DNA from: Squalus acanthias
Lineage: Eukaryota
Reading direction: 5' to 3'
DNA length: 64,000 nucleotides
Assembly (NCBI GenBank): GCA_030390025.1
Contig: CM059449.1
Location: 15,376,001 to 15,440,000 of the forward strand
The first letter of the stretch is position 1, and every line of letters begins with the position of its first letter. Position numbers and translations under genes: made by a program. The notes beneath the pieces are model-generated. The model was given only the letters and a program-made list of their open reading frames with translations. It was not told the DNA's origin and did no database searches. Shown here one piece after another: positions 1-11,725 of the stretch.

Positions 1-1290
1 CATTACGCTCAATCCCTTCATCCAAGTCATTAATATAAATTGTAAATAGTTGGGGCCCCAGCACCGATCCTTGTGGCACCCCACTAGTTACCTATTGCCA
101 ACCGGAAAATGACCCATTTACCCCGACTCTCTGTTTTCTGTTAGTTAGCCAATTCTCTATCCATGCTAATATATTACCCCCAATTCCGTGAGCTCTTATC
201 TTATGCAATAACCTTTTATGTGGCACCTTATCGAATGCCTTCTCGAAATTCAAATACACCACATCCACTGGCTCACCCTGCTCGTTACATCCTCAAAGAA
301 CTGCAGCAAGTTTGTTAAACATGATTTCCCTTTCCTAAAACCATGCTGACTCTGCTTGACTGGATTATGTTTTTCCAAATGCCCTGCTACTGCTTCCTTA
401 ATGAAGGACTGCAACATTTTCCCAACGACAGATGTTAGGCCAACTGGTCTATAGTTTCCTGCTTTCTGACTCCCTCCTTTCTTAAATAGGGGTGTTACAT
501 TTGCGGTTTTCTAATCCGCTGGGACCTCTCCAGAGTCCAGGGAATTTTGGTATATTGCAACCAATGCATCCACTCTCTCTGCAGCCACTTCTTTCCAGAC
601 CCTGGGATGCGGGCCATCGGGTCCTTTTGTTCTTTTTCCGAGCTCCTGAAGCTCTGCCTGAAGGACCTCAACACTTTTTCTACTTATGTCATAGGTTCCA
701 AAATGGACCCTGACCTCTGGCTGTTTCCCTTCCCCTGGCAGAATGTCCTGCACCCGCTCGGTGATATTCTGTACCCTGGCAGCAGGGTGGCAACGTACCA
801 TTCAGGAATCATGTTTGCGGTTACAGAAACACCTGTCTCTGCCCCTAACTATCGAATCCTCTCTATGACTACCGTATTTCTACTCTTTTTCCCAAGTGTG
901 CAGTCAAATCTCCCGTGCTGCCTGGGGTTTGATTCTTACTGCATCCCTCCAAGGAGTCATCACCCTCCCCGGTATTGAAAACTGAAAACCGGTTCGCGAG
1001 TGCCACTGGCTTGGGGGATTCCTGCACTACCTGTGCCTTCCTCCTACCCTGTCTGGTGGTCACGCACTCCCTCACCTCCTGTACCTTCTGTGGCAGTGGG
1101 GTGACCACCTCCTGGAACATACAATCCAGGAAACCCTCAGACTCCCGGACACACTGCAGCACCGCCAGCTTGAGCAACTGGCAGCACTTCATGTGTCCTG
1201 GATAACCATGTGTGCAGGAAGTGTCCTGGAGTTCCCACATAGTTCAGGATGTGCATGCAGCACGACCCCGCTGGCCTGCTATGGGAGTCA
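1..1290 (-). mobile_element. CR1-clade LINE remnant: ORF1 (zinc-finger/SGNH esterase-like) joined by an internal deletion to ORF2 reverse transcriptase
   Basis: Minus ORF 869-1240 (VVTP...QESP...LANRFSV) resembles CR1 ORF1. Minus ORF 511-801 has VHFGTYDI, then switches near 612 to GPDGPHPRVWKEVA (ORF2). Bases 1-500 are antisense RT sequence. Confidence 0.8.
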
Positions 1291-1689
1291 ATCCACTGAC
1301 CTCGAAATCACTGAGACCCTGACCATTAAAACACTTGACACTGAACTCTTAAACATTTAAGATACTGACGTGCTCACACTGAACTATAAAACTCTCCGAG
1401 ACTGACCTCTGAGAAACTGCCCTCTAAAAGACTGAGATACTAAAATAGTAAAGAAAAACATTAACTAAAAGTGCTGGAATTGATATCTATCAATCTAAAA
1501 CACAATGGAAATCACAATCAAAGGAATTATCAACACAAGTAGAAAAAATAATTTAATGAAACAAACTAAAACTTACCCGTTACCCACCAATCCGTTCCCT
1601 CCGCGACAGTGACATCACTTTTGAATCTCTTTGTCAGTGTTCCGTGTTCAGCTCGTGCTCTGACTCTGACTCGCCCTCAGGATCGCTCT

Positions 1690-2116
1690 CACTGACTCTC
1701 TGTCACTGGTTCTCCCCTTTTATCTGTTGTCCTCTCACTGTTTCCCCTCAGGCTCTCTCTCTCTCTCCACTCTCACTCTCTGCCACTGGTTCTCACCCTT
1801 TTATCTGTTGTCCTCTCACTGTTTCCCCTCAGGCTCTCTCTCTCTCTCCACTCTCTCTCTCTGCCAATGGTTCTCCCCTTTTATCTGTTGTCCTCTCACT
1901 GTTTCCCCTCAGGCTCTCTCTCTCTCTCCACTCTCTCTCTCTGCCACTGGTTCTCCCCTTTTATCTGTTGTCCTCTCACTGTTTCCCCTCAGGCTCTCTC
2001 TCTCCACTCTCTCTCTCTGCCACTGGTTCTCCCCTTTTATCTGTTGACCTCTCACTGTTTCCCCTCAGGCTCTCTCTCTCTCTCCACTCTCACTCTCTGC
2101 CACTGGTTCTCCCCGT
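1690..2116. repeat. Pyrimidine-rich minisatellite, ~80-84 bp unit, about 5 copies
   Basis: Unit ctctgccactggttctccccttttatctgttgtcctctcactgtttcccctcaggctctctctctctccactctc is repeated with variable (CT)n. It produces the repetitive ORFs at 1644/1727/1867. Confidence 0.95.
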
Positions 2117-2714
2117 TAATCTGTTGGGGGGCAGTTGGTGGTGATCAGTTGAAGGTCTCCTTGACCTTTTTTGACCTGTAGTCACGAGACTAAATGGGGT
2201 CTGGATATAATTCTGAGGAGTTCCAGGACCACACCCAGCTGATCTCTCACCGTTCTGCCCTGTTCAATAATCTGTTTGTGTTTCCCTGCCCTTTTATGGA
2301 CTGTGATATATAACCTTTGAGCTCGAATCAGGAACTGAAACTGAAAGAATTTCATTTTATATTGATCACCAATTTACTTGGAGCAAAGTTCAAGGTGGCC
2401 AGTCCTTCGAGATGGAAGGTGAACTTTCCTGTGCTGTGTGCCATGATCTGTATAAAGACCCTGTCTTACTCGACTGTGATCACAACTTCTGCCGATCCTG
2501 TATAACCCGGTACTGGGAGAGCGCTGTCACCGCCGCCTGTCCCCTCTGTAGAAAGGAGGCTTCCTCCAGGAACCTGAGACCCAACCGCACCCTCGCCAAC
2601 ATTGTGGAGACATTTGTAAAAAGTGATCAAAGTGCTAAAAGTCAGCAGGAATGCAGCCGCCACAAGGAGAAGATGAAGGTTTTTTATAAAACTGACAAAC
2701 AGCCCATCTGTGTC

Positions 2715-3578
2715 ATAACAACAGAAAACGCTGGAAAAAGCTCAGCAGGCCAGGCAGCATCCGTAGAGAGAGAAAGAGAGTTGACGTTTCAGGTCGATGA
2801 CCTTTCATCAGAACTGGGAAGAGCTGGAAATCAAATAGATTTAAGGCCAGGGTAAAGCTGGGAAAAGGGGGAGGGGATAAAGGAACAAAGGAGGAGATGA
2901 AGAGACATTAAGAGACATTAAGAGATATGCAAGGCTAGAGGTGGTGTTAATGTGACAGATTAAGGCTGAATGAAGTGTGAAATCCACTGGCAGAATGAAG
3001 GACAGCTGCCAGCTTCTAGGAGGAAAAAAAAAGGTGGGGGGGACAAATAAAAGGGTGGATAAAATAAAATATAAATGTGATTGGAGCTGAGGTTATGATC
3101 TAAAATTGTTGAACTCGATATTGAGTCCAGAGGGCTGTAGCGTGCCTAAACGAAAGATGAGGTGCTGTTCCTCGAGCTTACGCTGAGCTTCCGTGGAACA
3201 GTGTAATAGGCCGAGGACGGTGAGGTCAGAGTGGGAGTGAAGCGGTGAATTAAAGTGACAGGCCACCGGGAGCTCGGGGTCCCCCTTACGGACTGAACGG
3301 AGGTGTTCCGCAAAGCGGTCACCCAATCTGCGTTTGGTCTCCCCAATGTAGAGGAGTCCACATCGTGAGCAGCGAATACAGTATACTAAATTGCAGGAAG
3401 TACAAGTAAATCGCTGTTTCACCTGGAAGGGGTGTTTGGGGCCCTGGACAGTGGGAAGAGGGGAGGTATAAGGGCATGTGTTGCATCTCCTGCGCGTGCA
3501 CGGGAAGGTGCCGGGCGAAGGGGAAGGGGTGCTGGGGGTGGTAGAGGAGTGGACTAGGGTGTCGCGGAGGGACACCCT
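2715..3578 (-). mobile_element. 5'-truncated Penelope-like element (GIY-YIG endonuclease) with 14-bp TSD
   Basis: Uninterrupted ORF segment CNLVYCIRCSRCGLLYIGETKRRLGDRFAEH...GLN. TSD agcccatctgtgtc at 2701-2714 and 3579-3592. Confidence 0.93.
2779..2815 (-). ncRNA. Minimal type I hammerhead ribozyme in Penelope tail
   Basis: Minus strand reads AGTT-CTGATGA-A-AGGTC-ATC-GACCT-GAAA-CGTC-AACT. This gives stem I AGTT/AACT, core CUGAUGA, stem II AGGUC/GACCU, GAAA, palindromic ACGU and a GUC cleavage triplet. Confidence 0.85.
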
Positions 3579-4884
3579 AGCCCATCTGTGTCGTTTGTCA
3601 GATTTCAAAAATTAATCAAAACCTCGAGGTGCTGAAAGAAGCTGCCTTAGAGTTTAAGGTGAGACACCGTGTAAAATAAAATACAAACACAGGTAACAGA
3701 ATCCTGAACAGGGAGCGTTCACAGATTCGGGTTTGAGCGTTTCTCAATACTTAAAGCTCTTTAGATAATGGGTTTGTATTTATTTAATTACTCAGTCCTT
3801 ACACGGACTGCCATTTGTATCACTGCTGAAGGAATCAGGGACAGGAAGTGAGAGTTTCACTTTATTCTAAACACCATTTTAATAGATCAGTGTAAATTGA
3901 TCAGCCCTTGGAATGCAGAGTGAATTCTCTTGTACAGTATGTTATCAGATCGATACCGATCCTGTCTCCGTGACAAGTGATGATCTGTGGAACGTGTCTC
4001 CTATTTATATTCCAGATGTGAAGCGTTTAATGTCGACATGAACATGTTAAACTTCCTCCAAAGCCTCTCGAACAGCGTAAAGTTTCAACAATCTGGTAAA
4101 ACAACAGGGACCAGGAAACAGAAGCAGACCAATTACTCTCGGTATTTTCTTAAAGAATAGCAGAGGCAGATTCAACGGGAAAGCACTTGAGAAGTTAAGG
4201 GGAAAGGGATAGAGTGGAGGAGAAGTAAGGTGAAATAAAACCCCTGTGTGAATGAGGTGACACAGCACACCACCAGAGACCAGATACAGCAAAGAAAACC
4301 CCAGAGAAGTAAAAGGTTAAAATAGGGATAGTGGACAGAAGGAAAATTAAAAGGGAATGCTTGGAACTAAAATAAAGTATAAACTAAAGGGACAACAGGA
4401 GAAATAGAACAAGAAAGGGAAACAGCTGAGAAAATTATAACTAAGATGGAGTCCATGAGGTGTGGTTATTGTGCAATATTCATAAAGGAGAAAGAGGGAT
4501 ACAATACAAAGGTGAAGAGATATGAAAAGTGTCTGTTAATCAGCAGCTTAAAAAGGATTTCTGACCTTCGAGGTGCAGGAACTTACAGGGAGAGAAATCA
4601 AGAGATTTTCTGAGGCTGAGTGGATAGAATTCGATTCAGTCAGTGATAAGGCCAGGATAGGATCAGACCTGGAGAGGGAACCTTCAGGGACTGTAGCTGG
4701 AGACCAGTACAATCAGCAGCAGATTCTCATCATAGAGGGACACGTGCTGAAGGAAGCCAATGATAGGGGAATGCTGGATGGATTGAAGTTATTGAAAGAA
4801 GCCAGAAAGGTCAGAAACCCTGTGAAGCTACTCGAGATTATAATTAGTGAGCAGATACCAGGCTCTGCCCAGTTTTAAATTAAT

Positions 4885-5335
4885 TCTCAGGATGTGTGCA
4901 TTGCTGGAAAGGTAGCATTAATTGACCTGAGAAGGTGGTGGTGGACCTTGTGAGCCACTGTAGTCTTATTCTTTGTAGCAGTTTTTATACAACTGAGTGG
5001 CTCGGCCACTTCAAAGGACAGTTTAGAGTGAACCACATTGGTGTGGGATTGGAGCCACCTACAGGCCAGACTGAGCAAGGACAGCAATTAGATTTGTACC
5101 ACAATCTGACAACTTCATGGCTACTTTTACTGGTCATGATGCGGAGATGCCGGTGTTGGACTGGGGTGGACAAAATTGAGAGGTCGTACAACACCAGGTT
5201 ATAGTCCAACAGTTTTATTTGAAATCACAAGCTTTCGGAGCTATCGATCGCCCCTTCCTCAGGTGAAGTAGTCTGGTACCAGCTGGTACCAGCTTTTTAA
5301 ACTGAATTCAAATTCTCAAACTGACATAGTGAGAT
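4885..5335 (-). mobile_element. Degenerate tRNA-derived SINE (family 2) interrupted by a Penelope terminal fragment (~5138-5270)
   Basis: Similar to the SINE copies at 19225 and 52772. The inserted segment gatgcggagatgccggtgttggact...cctcaggtga belongs to a second Penelope family. Confidence 0.65.
5225..5266 (-). ncRNA. Minimal hammerhead ribozyme, second Penelope family
   Basis: Minus strand reads TCAC-CTGAGGA-A-GGGGC-GATCGATA-GCTCC-GAAA-GCTT-GTGA. Stem I is TCAC/GTGA, stem II has one G-U pair, and AAGCTT is palindromic. Confidence 0.75.
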
Positions 5336-7781
5336 ATGGGCCTAGAAATTCGCGTGGCCCGCTTGCCGTGGGGGTAAGGATCGCGCGCTCTTACCTACCG
5401 CGCCTGCCATTGTGTTTTGGGCCCACAGGAACTTCGGGTCCTGGGCCTCTCCCAAGAGCCGGCGCGCAGTGCTTGCGTGTCCCAGGGGCGCAGTTAGTGC
5501 GATGCGACCCCTGCGATCACGTGGGCCATGGAGAGCCAATGGCAGCAGACCATCTATCATTCATAGATTTGACAGGAGACCTTTCATATCTGTGAATTGA
5601 AATCAGCCCCAAAAGAACAGCTAAACTTAAAATAAATTAAAAAAAACCCCATCACATTTATAAAATAACTATTGTTAAATAAATTAACCACTTAACCAGC
5701 GAAGCCGACATCCCACAAAACAAATAATAAAAAAACTGGTCCATGCCGGTTTATGCTCCACACGGGCCTCCTCTCACCCTATCGCCGCAACCACTCTCTG
5801 TGGTAGCGAGGTCCACACCCCAACCCTTCTCTGGGTAAAGAAGTCGCTCCTGAACCCTCCCCATTGGATTTACTAGTGACCATCATACATACAAGACCAC
5901 CAGCCTTGAGCTCTCCCAAGTGGAATCATCCCCTTATTGTAATTATCTTGTAATTTGCGCTTTGGTGATCTTCAAATCGAGAGACACCATGACCATAAAT
6001 ATTTTACATCAGTAGATTTGGATTGTTCAAGAGTCTGGGTAATTTAGATAAAGTGCTTGGATTTTTGAAATGCTTCCCCTTTAACACAGGCTTGCGTTTG
6101 TATTGTTGTTGCGGAAGAAAGTGAGAGTTTCACGTTATTCTAAAAACCAGCTTACAGATCAGTACAAATTGATCGGCCCTTTCAATGCACGGCACACTCT
6201 GTAGTGCTGTAAAGATCCTGGTGTAGGTTGTTCACAGGGAGTAACAGGATATATTGTACACTGAGGGAGTTGGGTCACAAGACGTAGCAGCACTGGGCGA
6301 AGGATTTGCGGTTTGACAGTGCTGGGTTTAGGGAGCCATTCATGGGGAATACAGTATAGGCCCAGGAGTCCAGCAGCTGAAAACAATGCTGGTGCAACAG
6401 GTGAGGACAAAGGGCAAAGGGCAAAAACTGCCACGGCCACAACAGGGGCATCAATTGTAGATGTGGTCACACCAGATAACCAGAGAATGGCACATCAGGG
6501 CACAAAGTCATGGCTGCAAAAGGAGCACCAATACTAGCAGAAGACACACCAGAGGGGAAACCGAGCTACAACTGCACCAAGAGTAGAGATGAGTAAAGGA
6601 AATCTCAAACCCAGGCCCCTGAGAGAGGTTACGTGGAGAAAACTTACTGGATCTACATCCAACAGGAGTTGGGCCAATTTATGGGTAAATTTAACTATTG
6701 TTTGCGAACTATATCTTCGTGAATTTCAGGTGCGCCACGTCACGCATTTGGCTTGTACAGAGAAACTGCACCTCCCCCTCTCCATCAACAACAGAAAATA
6801 CTTCAACGTAGAATGATGGAACTGATAATAAAAACAGAAAATGCTAGAAATAAATAGCAAGTCAGTCAATATCTGTAAGGAGCAAAGGCAGGTTATAATG
6901 TTTTGGATAGATCCCCTTCACCAGTCAGTGCAAGGTTTCAGACCTCACAGCTAAATCTAACTTGCTTACAGCCATAGGGTCGTGTGGGCTTGATGCCTAC
7001 ACATATAAAACTGTAGCAGGGAAAAGTAGTATTGGTAAAGAAGCTGTCCTGTGCTTCAATGGCCAATATGGAAATCAGCTGATTTTTTAGAGCAAAGCTA
7101 CTTGACAATCAGGTGCTTCAGTCTCTCTTTTGTTCTGTGCCTGATTCAGAACAAACATTTGATCATTTTTAATCCTGTTGGAGAAGTGAGTTGAATTATT
7201 CTGGGTTCTATTGATATTTGTATATCAACCAAGCTTCGCACTTGCTGTTCAATTCAGGAGAAATGTGGAACTTGTTACCAGAATGAGTAGTTGAGGCAAA
7301 TAGCACAGATGCATTTAAGGGGAAGCTAGATAAGCACATGAGGGAGGAAGGAATAGACGGTTATGTTGATGGAGGTAACACTTTGAGATATGACCGACTC
7401 ACTAGATTAACGTTGTATTATAAAGCAGTGGAACTCCTGTGGCATTTACTCATGGGTGTAATGGCGTCTACGGCATGGTTGTTTATCAGTAAGAAGAGAA
7501 ATGGTTTCAACAACATGGGTTCAACAAGAGTAAGTACAGTAATAGTCGAGTTAATTTATGGCCAGTACTTCAAATTAGCTTGAAAAAAGCACCTCTCAAA
7601 TTCTCCATTAACTTCATATCTCGGATCAAACATTCATGAGGAAGGAAATGGAATCAGGTGGCTCCTGTAGCGGGCGGCCGAACCCTAATGTCAGTTTTAT
7701 GCCAGACAGCAAGCTGATAATCTATCTCAGAAACTGCTGAATGTGAAGAAAAAGGGGCCCCATAAAAGTCTGAGAGCAGTA

Positions 7782-8180
7782 CATAGGAGCAGGAATAGGT
7801 CATTCAGCCCATTGAGCCTGTTTTGCCATTCAGTTCGATCATGGCTGACCTGTATCTTAACTCCATCTAGCTGCCTTGGTTCTGTAACCCTTAATATGCT
7901 TGCTAACAAAAATCCTTCAGTCTCAGTTTTGAAATTTTCAATTGACCCCCAGCCTTACAGCTTTTTGGGGGAGAGAGTTCCAGATTTCCACTACCCTTTG
8001 TGTGAAGAAGGGCTTCCTGACATCACCCCTGAACGGCCTGGCTTTCATTTTAAGGTTCTGCCCCCTTGTGGACTCTCCCACCAGAGGAAATAGTTTCTCT
8101 CTATCTCCCCTCTCAACTCCTTTAATCATCTTAAACACCTCAGTTAGATCACTCCTTAATCTTCTATATTCGAGGGAATG
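7782..8180 (-). mobile_element. CR1 LINE 3' fragment
   Basis: Minus ORF FKMIKG...REKLFPL...TRGQNLK...FFTQRVVEIWNSLPQ plus a CR1 3' tail. Confidence 0.85.
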
Positions 8181-8275
8181 AATGCTCTGAGAATTTTCAT
8201 TGATTAAACTAAATGGTATTGAATTTTCAGCTGTTTATGGCACAAAAGTGTACAAATTAACTGATCTTTGTTCAG

Positions 8276-8371
8276 GAGGAACTGCGAACCTTACTGAAGC
8301 CGGTCCAGGACAAGAAGAAGGAATGTGACGCTGTAAAAAGTGATTATGTGAAAACATTAACCCACATTCAG
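8276..8371 (+). pseudogene. TRIM exon 2 (96 bp, coiled coil)
   Basis: ttcag|GAGGAA...ATTCAG|gtacat, translating EELRTLLKPVQDKKKECDAVKSDYVKTLTHIQ. Confidence 0.88.
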
Positions 8372-8717
8372 GTACATTTGATGTCACTTTGTTGTATATT
8401 TTCCAATCACGATGTGTTTTTCTTTGAACCGTTGAATGTCCATTACCAAAGTAAAATCTCAATTTAGCAAATCATTGAATTAGCACAGACACTTCCCTTG
8501 TGCTGGTGAAACCGGAGTTAAAGAAAATACAGCAGCTCGATCCTCAGTTAGAGCTCCCTCTTCTGAATAAATTATCATCTGGTCCCCATTAACTGGATTT
8601 CACTGCAGCAGAGAATGTTTTTCTCCAAAAGATTCTTGTATGAAGAGAACTGCACAGGCTGCACAACCTTTTTAAAATGCTCATTTGTTTTCTCAATCTC
8701 ACTATTCTTTTCCAAAG

Positions 8718-8951
8718 GACCAAGGCGTAAAGACAGAGAAACAGATTAAAGCAGAATTTGAAAAACTTCACCAGTTTCTCCGTGAGGAAGAGAGGATTGA
8801 GTTGGAAGATCTGAAACTGGAGAAGGAGAAAAACAGTCAGGAGATGAAGGGGAGGATTGAGAAGATAACGGAGGAAATCTCATCGCTTTCAGTCACTGTT
8901 CAGGATATTGAACAAGTGCTGAGTGAACAGGACAGCATCAAGTTTTTAACG
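8718..8951 (+). pseudogene. TRIM exon 3 (234 bp, coiled coil)
   Basis: caaag|GAC...TTAACG|gtagct, translating ...QIKAEFEKLHQFLREEE...IEQVLSEQDSIKFLT. Confidence 0.92.
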
Positions 8952-9039
8952 GTAGCTGTTAATTTATTTGTTTTTTGTTTCCTTCGTCCCTCTTTGACAC
9001 AGTCTTCAAGACCGTGCAGGGTGTGCCATCAAAACCTAG

Positions 9040-10430
9040 AATATTACATTGAATTACAGAGTATTTACAGCACAGAAACAGGCCTTTCGGCCCAACAGGT
9101 CCATGCTGGTGTTTGTGCTCCACACGAGCCTCCTCCCACCCTTCGTAGCCTAAGCCCATCAACATATTCTATTCCTTTCTCCCTCGTGTTTATCTAGCTT
9201 CCCCTTAAATACATTTATACTATTCACCTCAACCACTCCATGTGGTAGCGTGTTCCACGTTCTCACCACTCTCTGGGTAAAGAAGTTTTGTTACGTTAAA
9301 GGCACTATATAAATGTAAGTTGTTGTTGAATTCACTATTGGATTTATTAGTGACTTTCTTGTATTTATGGCCCCTAGTTCTGGTCTCCCCTGCAAGTGGA
9401 AACATCTTCTCTACGTCTATCAAACCCTTTCATAATCTTAAAGACCTCCACCAGGTCACCCCTCAGTCTTCTCTTTTCTAGAGAAAAGAGCCCCAGCCTG
9501 TTCACTCTTTCCTGTTTGGTACAACCTCTCAGTTCTTGTATCATTCTAGTAAATCTTTTGTGCACCTTCTCCAGTGCCTCTATCTTTTTTTTATAATATG
9601 GAGACTAGAACTGTTCCCAGTTCTCCAAGTGTGGTCTAACCAAGGTTCGATACAAGTTTAAGATAACTTCTCTGCTTCGTAATTCTCTAGAAATGAACCC
9701 CAGTGCTTTGTTTGTTTTTATGGCCTTATTAACCTGTGTCACTACTTCTAGTGATTTGTGTATCTGGTATCCCCAGATCCCTCTGTTCCTCTACCCCATT
9801 TAGACTTATTTTCCAAGGAGTATGTGGCCTCCCTTTCTTCCTGCCAAAATGTACCACCTCACACTTTTTATTAATGTCTTTCTGTATTTTATCGCAGTCC
9901 TCCTCAGTATTAACTATATCCCCAATTAGGTGTCATCCGCAAATTTTGAAATTGTAATTCCAATTGCCGAGTCCAAATGGTTTCTGTCAATGGTGAACAA
10001 CAGTGGTCCCAGCACCGATCCTTGTGGAACACAACTTTACACCTTTTGTCAATCTGAGTAACTATTTTTAACCCCTACTCTGTGTTTTCTGTTCTGTAGC
10101 CAGCTTGCTATCCATTTTGCTACTTGTCCCCTGACTCCACATGTTCTGACCTTAGTCACGAGTCTACTATGCGGTACCTTAACAAAGGCCTTTTGGAAAT
10201 CCAAATATGTTCCGTCGACTGAATTCCCCTTGTCTACCCTTTCTGTTACTTCAGAGAATTCAATAAGATTGGTCAAGCATGACCTTCCCTTTTGAAATCA
10301 GTGCTGACTATTCTTCATTATATTTTCAGATTCTAGATGTTTTTCTATTACATCTTTGAGTAAGGATTCCATTATCTTTCCTACTACCGATGTTCAGCTA
10401 ATTGGTCTGTAGTTCGCTGGACTTGTTCTA
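9040..10430 (-). mobile_element. CR1 LINE ORF2 3' part (degenerate), with a short L2-type tail nested at ~9287-9327
   Basis: Minus ORFs contain YLDFQKAF and RLGLFSLEKRRLRGDL. The nested sequence is gttaaaggcactatataaatgtaagttgttgtt. Confidence 0.85.
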
Positions 10431-11488
10431 TCTCACTCACTAATATAAAACTCACTCACTAACCAAAATAAGACCAATCACCTGTGTCATTTGGTTTTCT
10501 GTCTCACACCCAAGAGCACTAACGGCTGTCTTTAACATGGAAGTTCCTAAATCTGGAGCTTGTTTGCTGTGAAATATTATTATAAGGGGACAGTTTCATC
10601 AAATCAAACATTGAGGAAAATAAACTTCATCCAGAGTAAGAAACCCCTCAGAACGGTCAGACCATTCTCCCCCGAGAGTGCATTTACACTGCAGCTGCTA
10701 GTCAGAGAGCGGTAACTACAGTCTGGGATCAGCCAGGCAGGACCGTGTTCACATTGCTTGGCTCCTGCCTGGCTGGAACTGTAATGACTCTGTCCAGGAG
10801 AGAGCTCTGCACAGGGTCAGATACACAGATAGGCAGAGCTTTCTCCCAATAGTTCAATAGTTATATTCACACGCATTAAGCAAGTGTACTTTAACCTCTT
10901 TATGAATCTGATGGTAAAATGGTAAGATGAGAAGCAGAGTGTGCCAGTGTTTTGTAATTGTTGTGCGTGCTTTAATTCTGTGATTACTGATTGGTGAAAG
11001 ATGTTTGTTCAGTAAATATACACGTGCATTACCGATATTGTGTGAGTGTGTGAGGTGTTTTCTACTGAATTAGTTCACGTGGTTAAAACGGTGTCTCTCT
11101 GGTCACACCTGTGGCTAGTCAGCCATTTCTATTGGACAACACTGGTATCGATTCACAGATACATTCATCTCCTTTGGGCAAAGGACACATGCAGGTTACA
11201 ACTTGAATAGATTAAAGTGACTCTCTTTAAATAATATTTTAATTCTCAGAATTTGAGACTCTTCGGGATTTTACAATTGGATTGTAGCTCTGTGAGTTGT
11301 GTTGTGCAGTCAGATCGAGTCAGTTGTAATGTTGTGGAGTAACTCACAGTACAGTGAGGACAGGAAGAGACAGTCCAATAACTTTCCATATTTAGAATGT
11401 ACTTTTCTGTGGAATCCAGTCTGTTACTTTCTTTTTGTGATAAAATGTTCTCTAAACACAAATAGTAATAATTGTTCTTGTTCCACAG

Positions 11489-11511
11489 AAATTTCCATCA
11501 ATTGAGAACAG
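11489..11511 (+). pseudogene. TRIM exon 4 (23 bp)
   Basis: ccacag|AAATTTCCATCAATTGAGAACAG|gtataa, the characteristic 23-bp TRIM linker exon. Confidence 0.8.
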
Positions 11512-11609
11512 GTATAATTTACAACCTTGATTTGAGTCAATATTTTAATTTCTAACATCTCTCGCCCACCCTGGAATGATCCAACACTGACCTTTATCTC
11601 CTGTTCCAG

Positions 11610-11725
11610 AGCAAAGCGAACTCTCCCAGAGCCGCAGAAGGTTTACCCTTTAATAAATGTGGGGAAGTACATTGGGTCACTGCAGTACAGAGTGTGGAGA
11701 AAGATGCTGACGGTGATTAATACAG
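11610..11725 (+). pseudogene. TRIM exon 5 (116 bp, pre-PRY linker)
   Basis: ttccag|A GCA AAG...ACA G|gtgggt, translating AKRTLPEPQKVYPLINVGKYIGSLQYRVWRKMLTVINT. Confidence 0.88.

Larger units (their letters stand above)
2412..3658 (+). pseudogene. TRIM exon 1: intact C3HC4 RING plus disrupted B-box2
   Basis: RING reads CAVC...CDHNFCRSC...CPLC. B-box reads CSRH...FYKTD.QPICV|insertion|VCQISKINQNLEVLKEAALEFK, with donor GT at 3659. Confidence 0.9.
2412..11725 (+). pseudogene. TRIM (RING-B-box2-coiled-coil) E3 ligase pseudogene, TRIM35/TRIM39/A33-like exon architecture
   Basis: Exons are 2412-2714 + 3593-3658 (RING/B-box, interrupted), 8276-8371 (96 bp), 8718-8951 (234 bp), 11489-11511 (23 bp) and 11610-11725 (116 bp), the internal ones with AG/GT boundaries. 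This size series is typical of B30.2-type TRIMs. The B-box is disrupted by a Penelope insertion, B-box ligands are mutated, and no PRY/SPRY exon was found. Confidence 0.88.

Noticed and set aside
1644-2181. Three overlapping repetitive ORFs; CRISPR-like appearance
   Set aside because: These are translations of a minisatellite with no unique spacers and no cas genes, in a eukaryotic context.
2715-2855. C-terminus of ORF 2412-2855 as genuine TRIM sequence
   Set aside because: It is read-through into the antisense Penelope tail.
4050-4880. Purine-rich region with a 101-aa ORF
   Set aside because: No recognisable domain. Only a faint resemblance to old LINE ORF2 (KLLEIII), which I cannot support.
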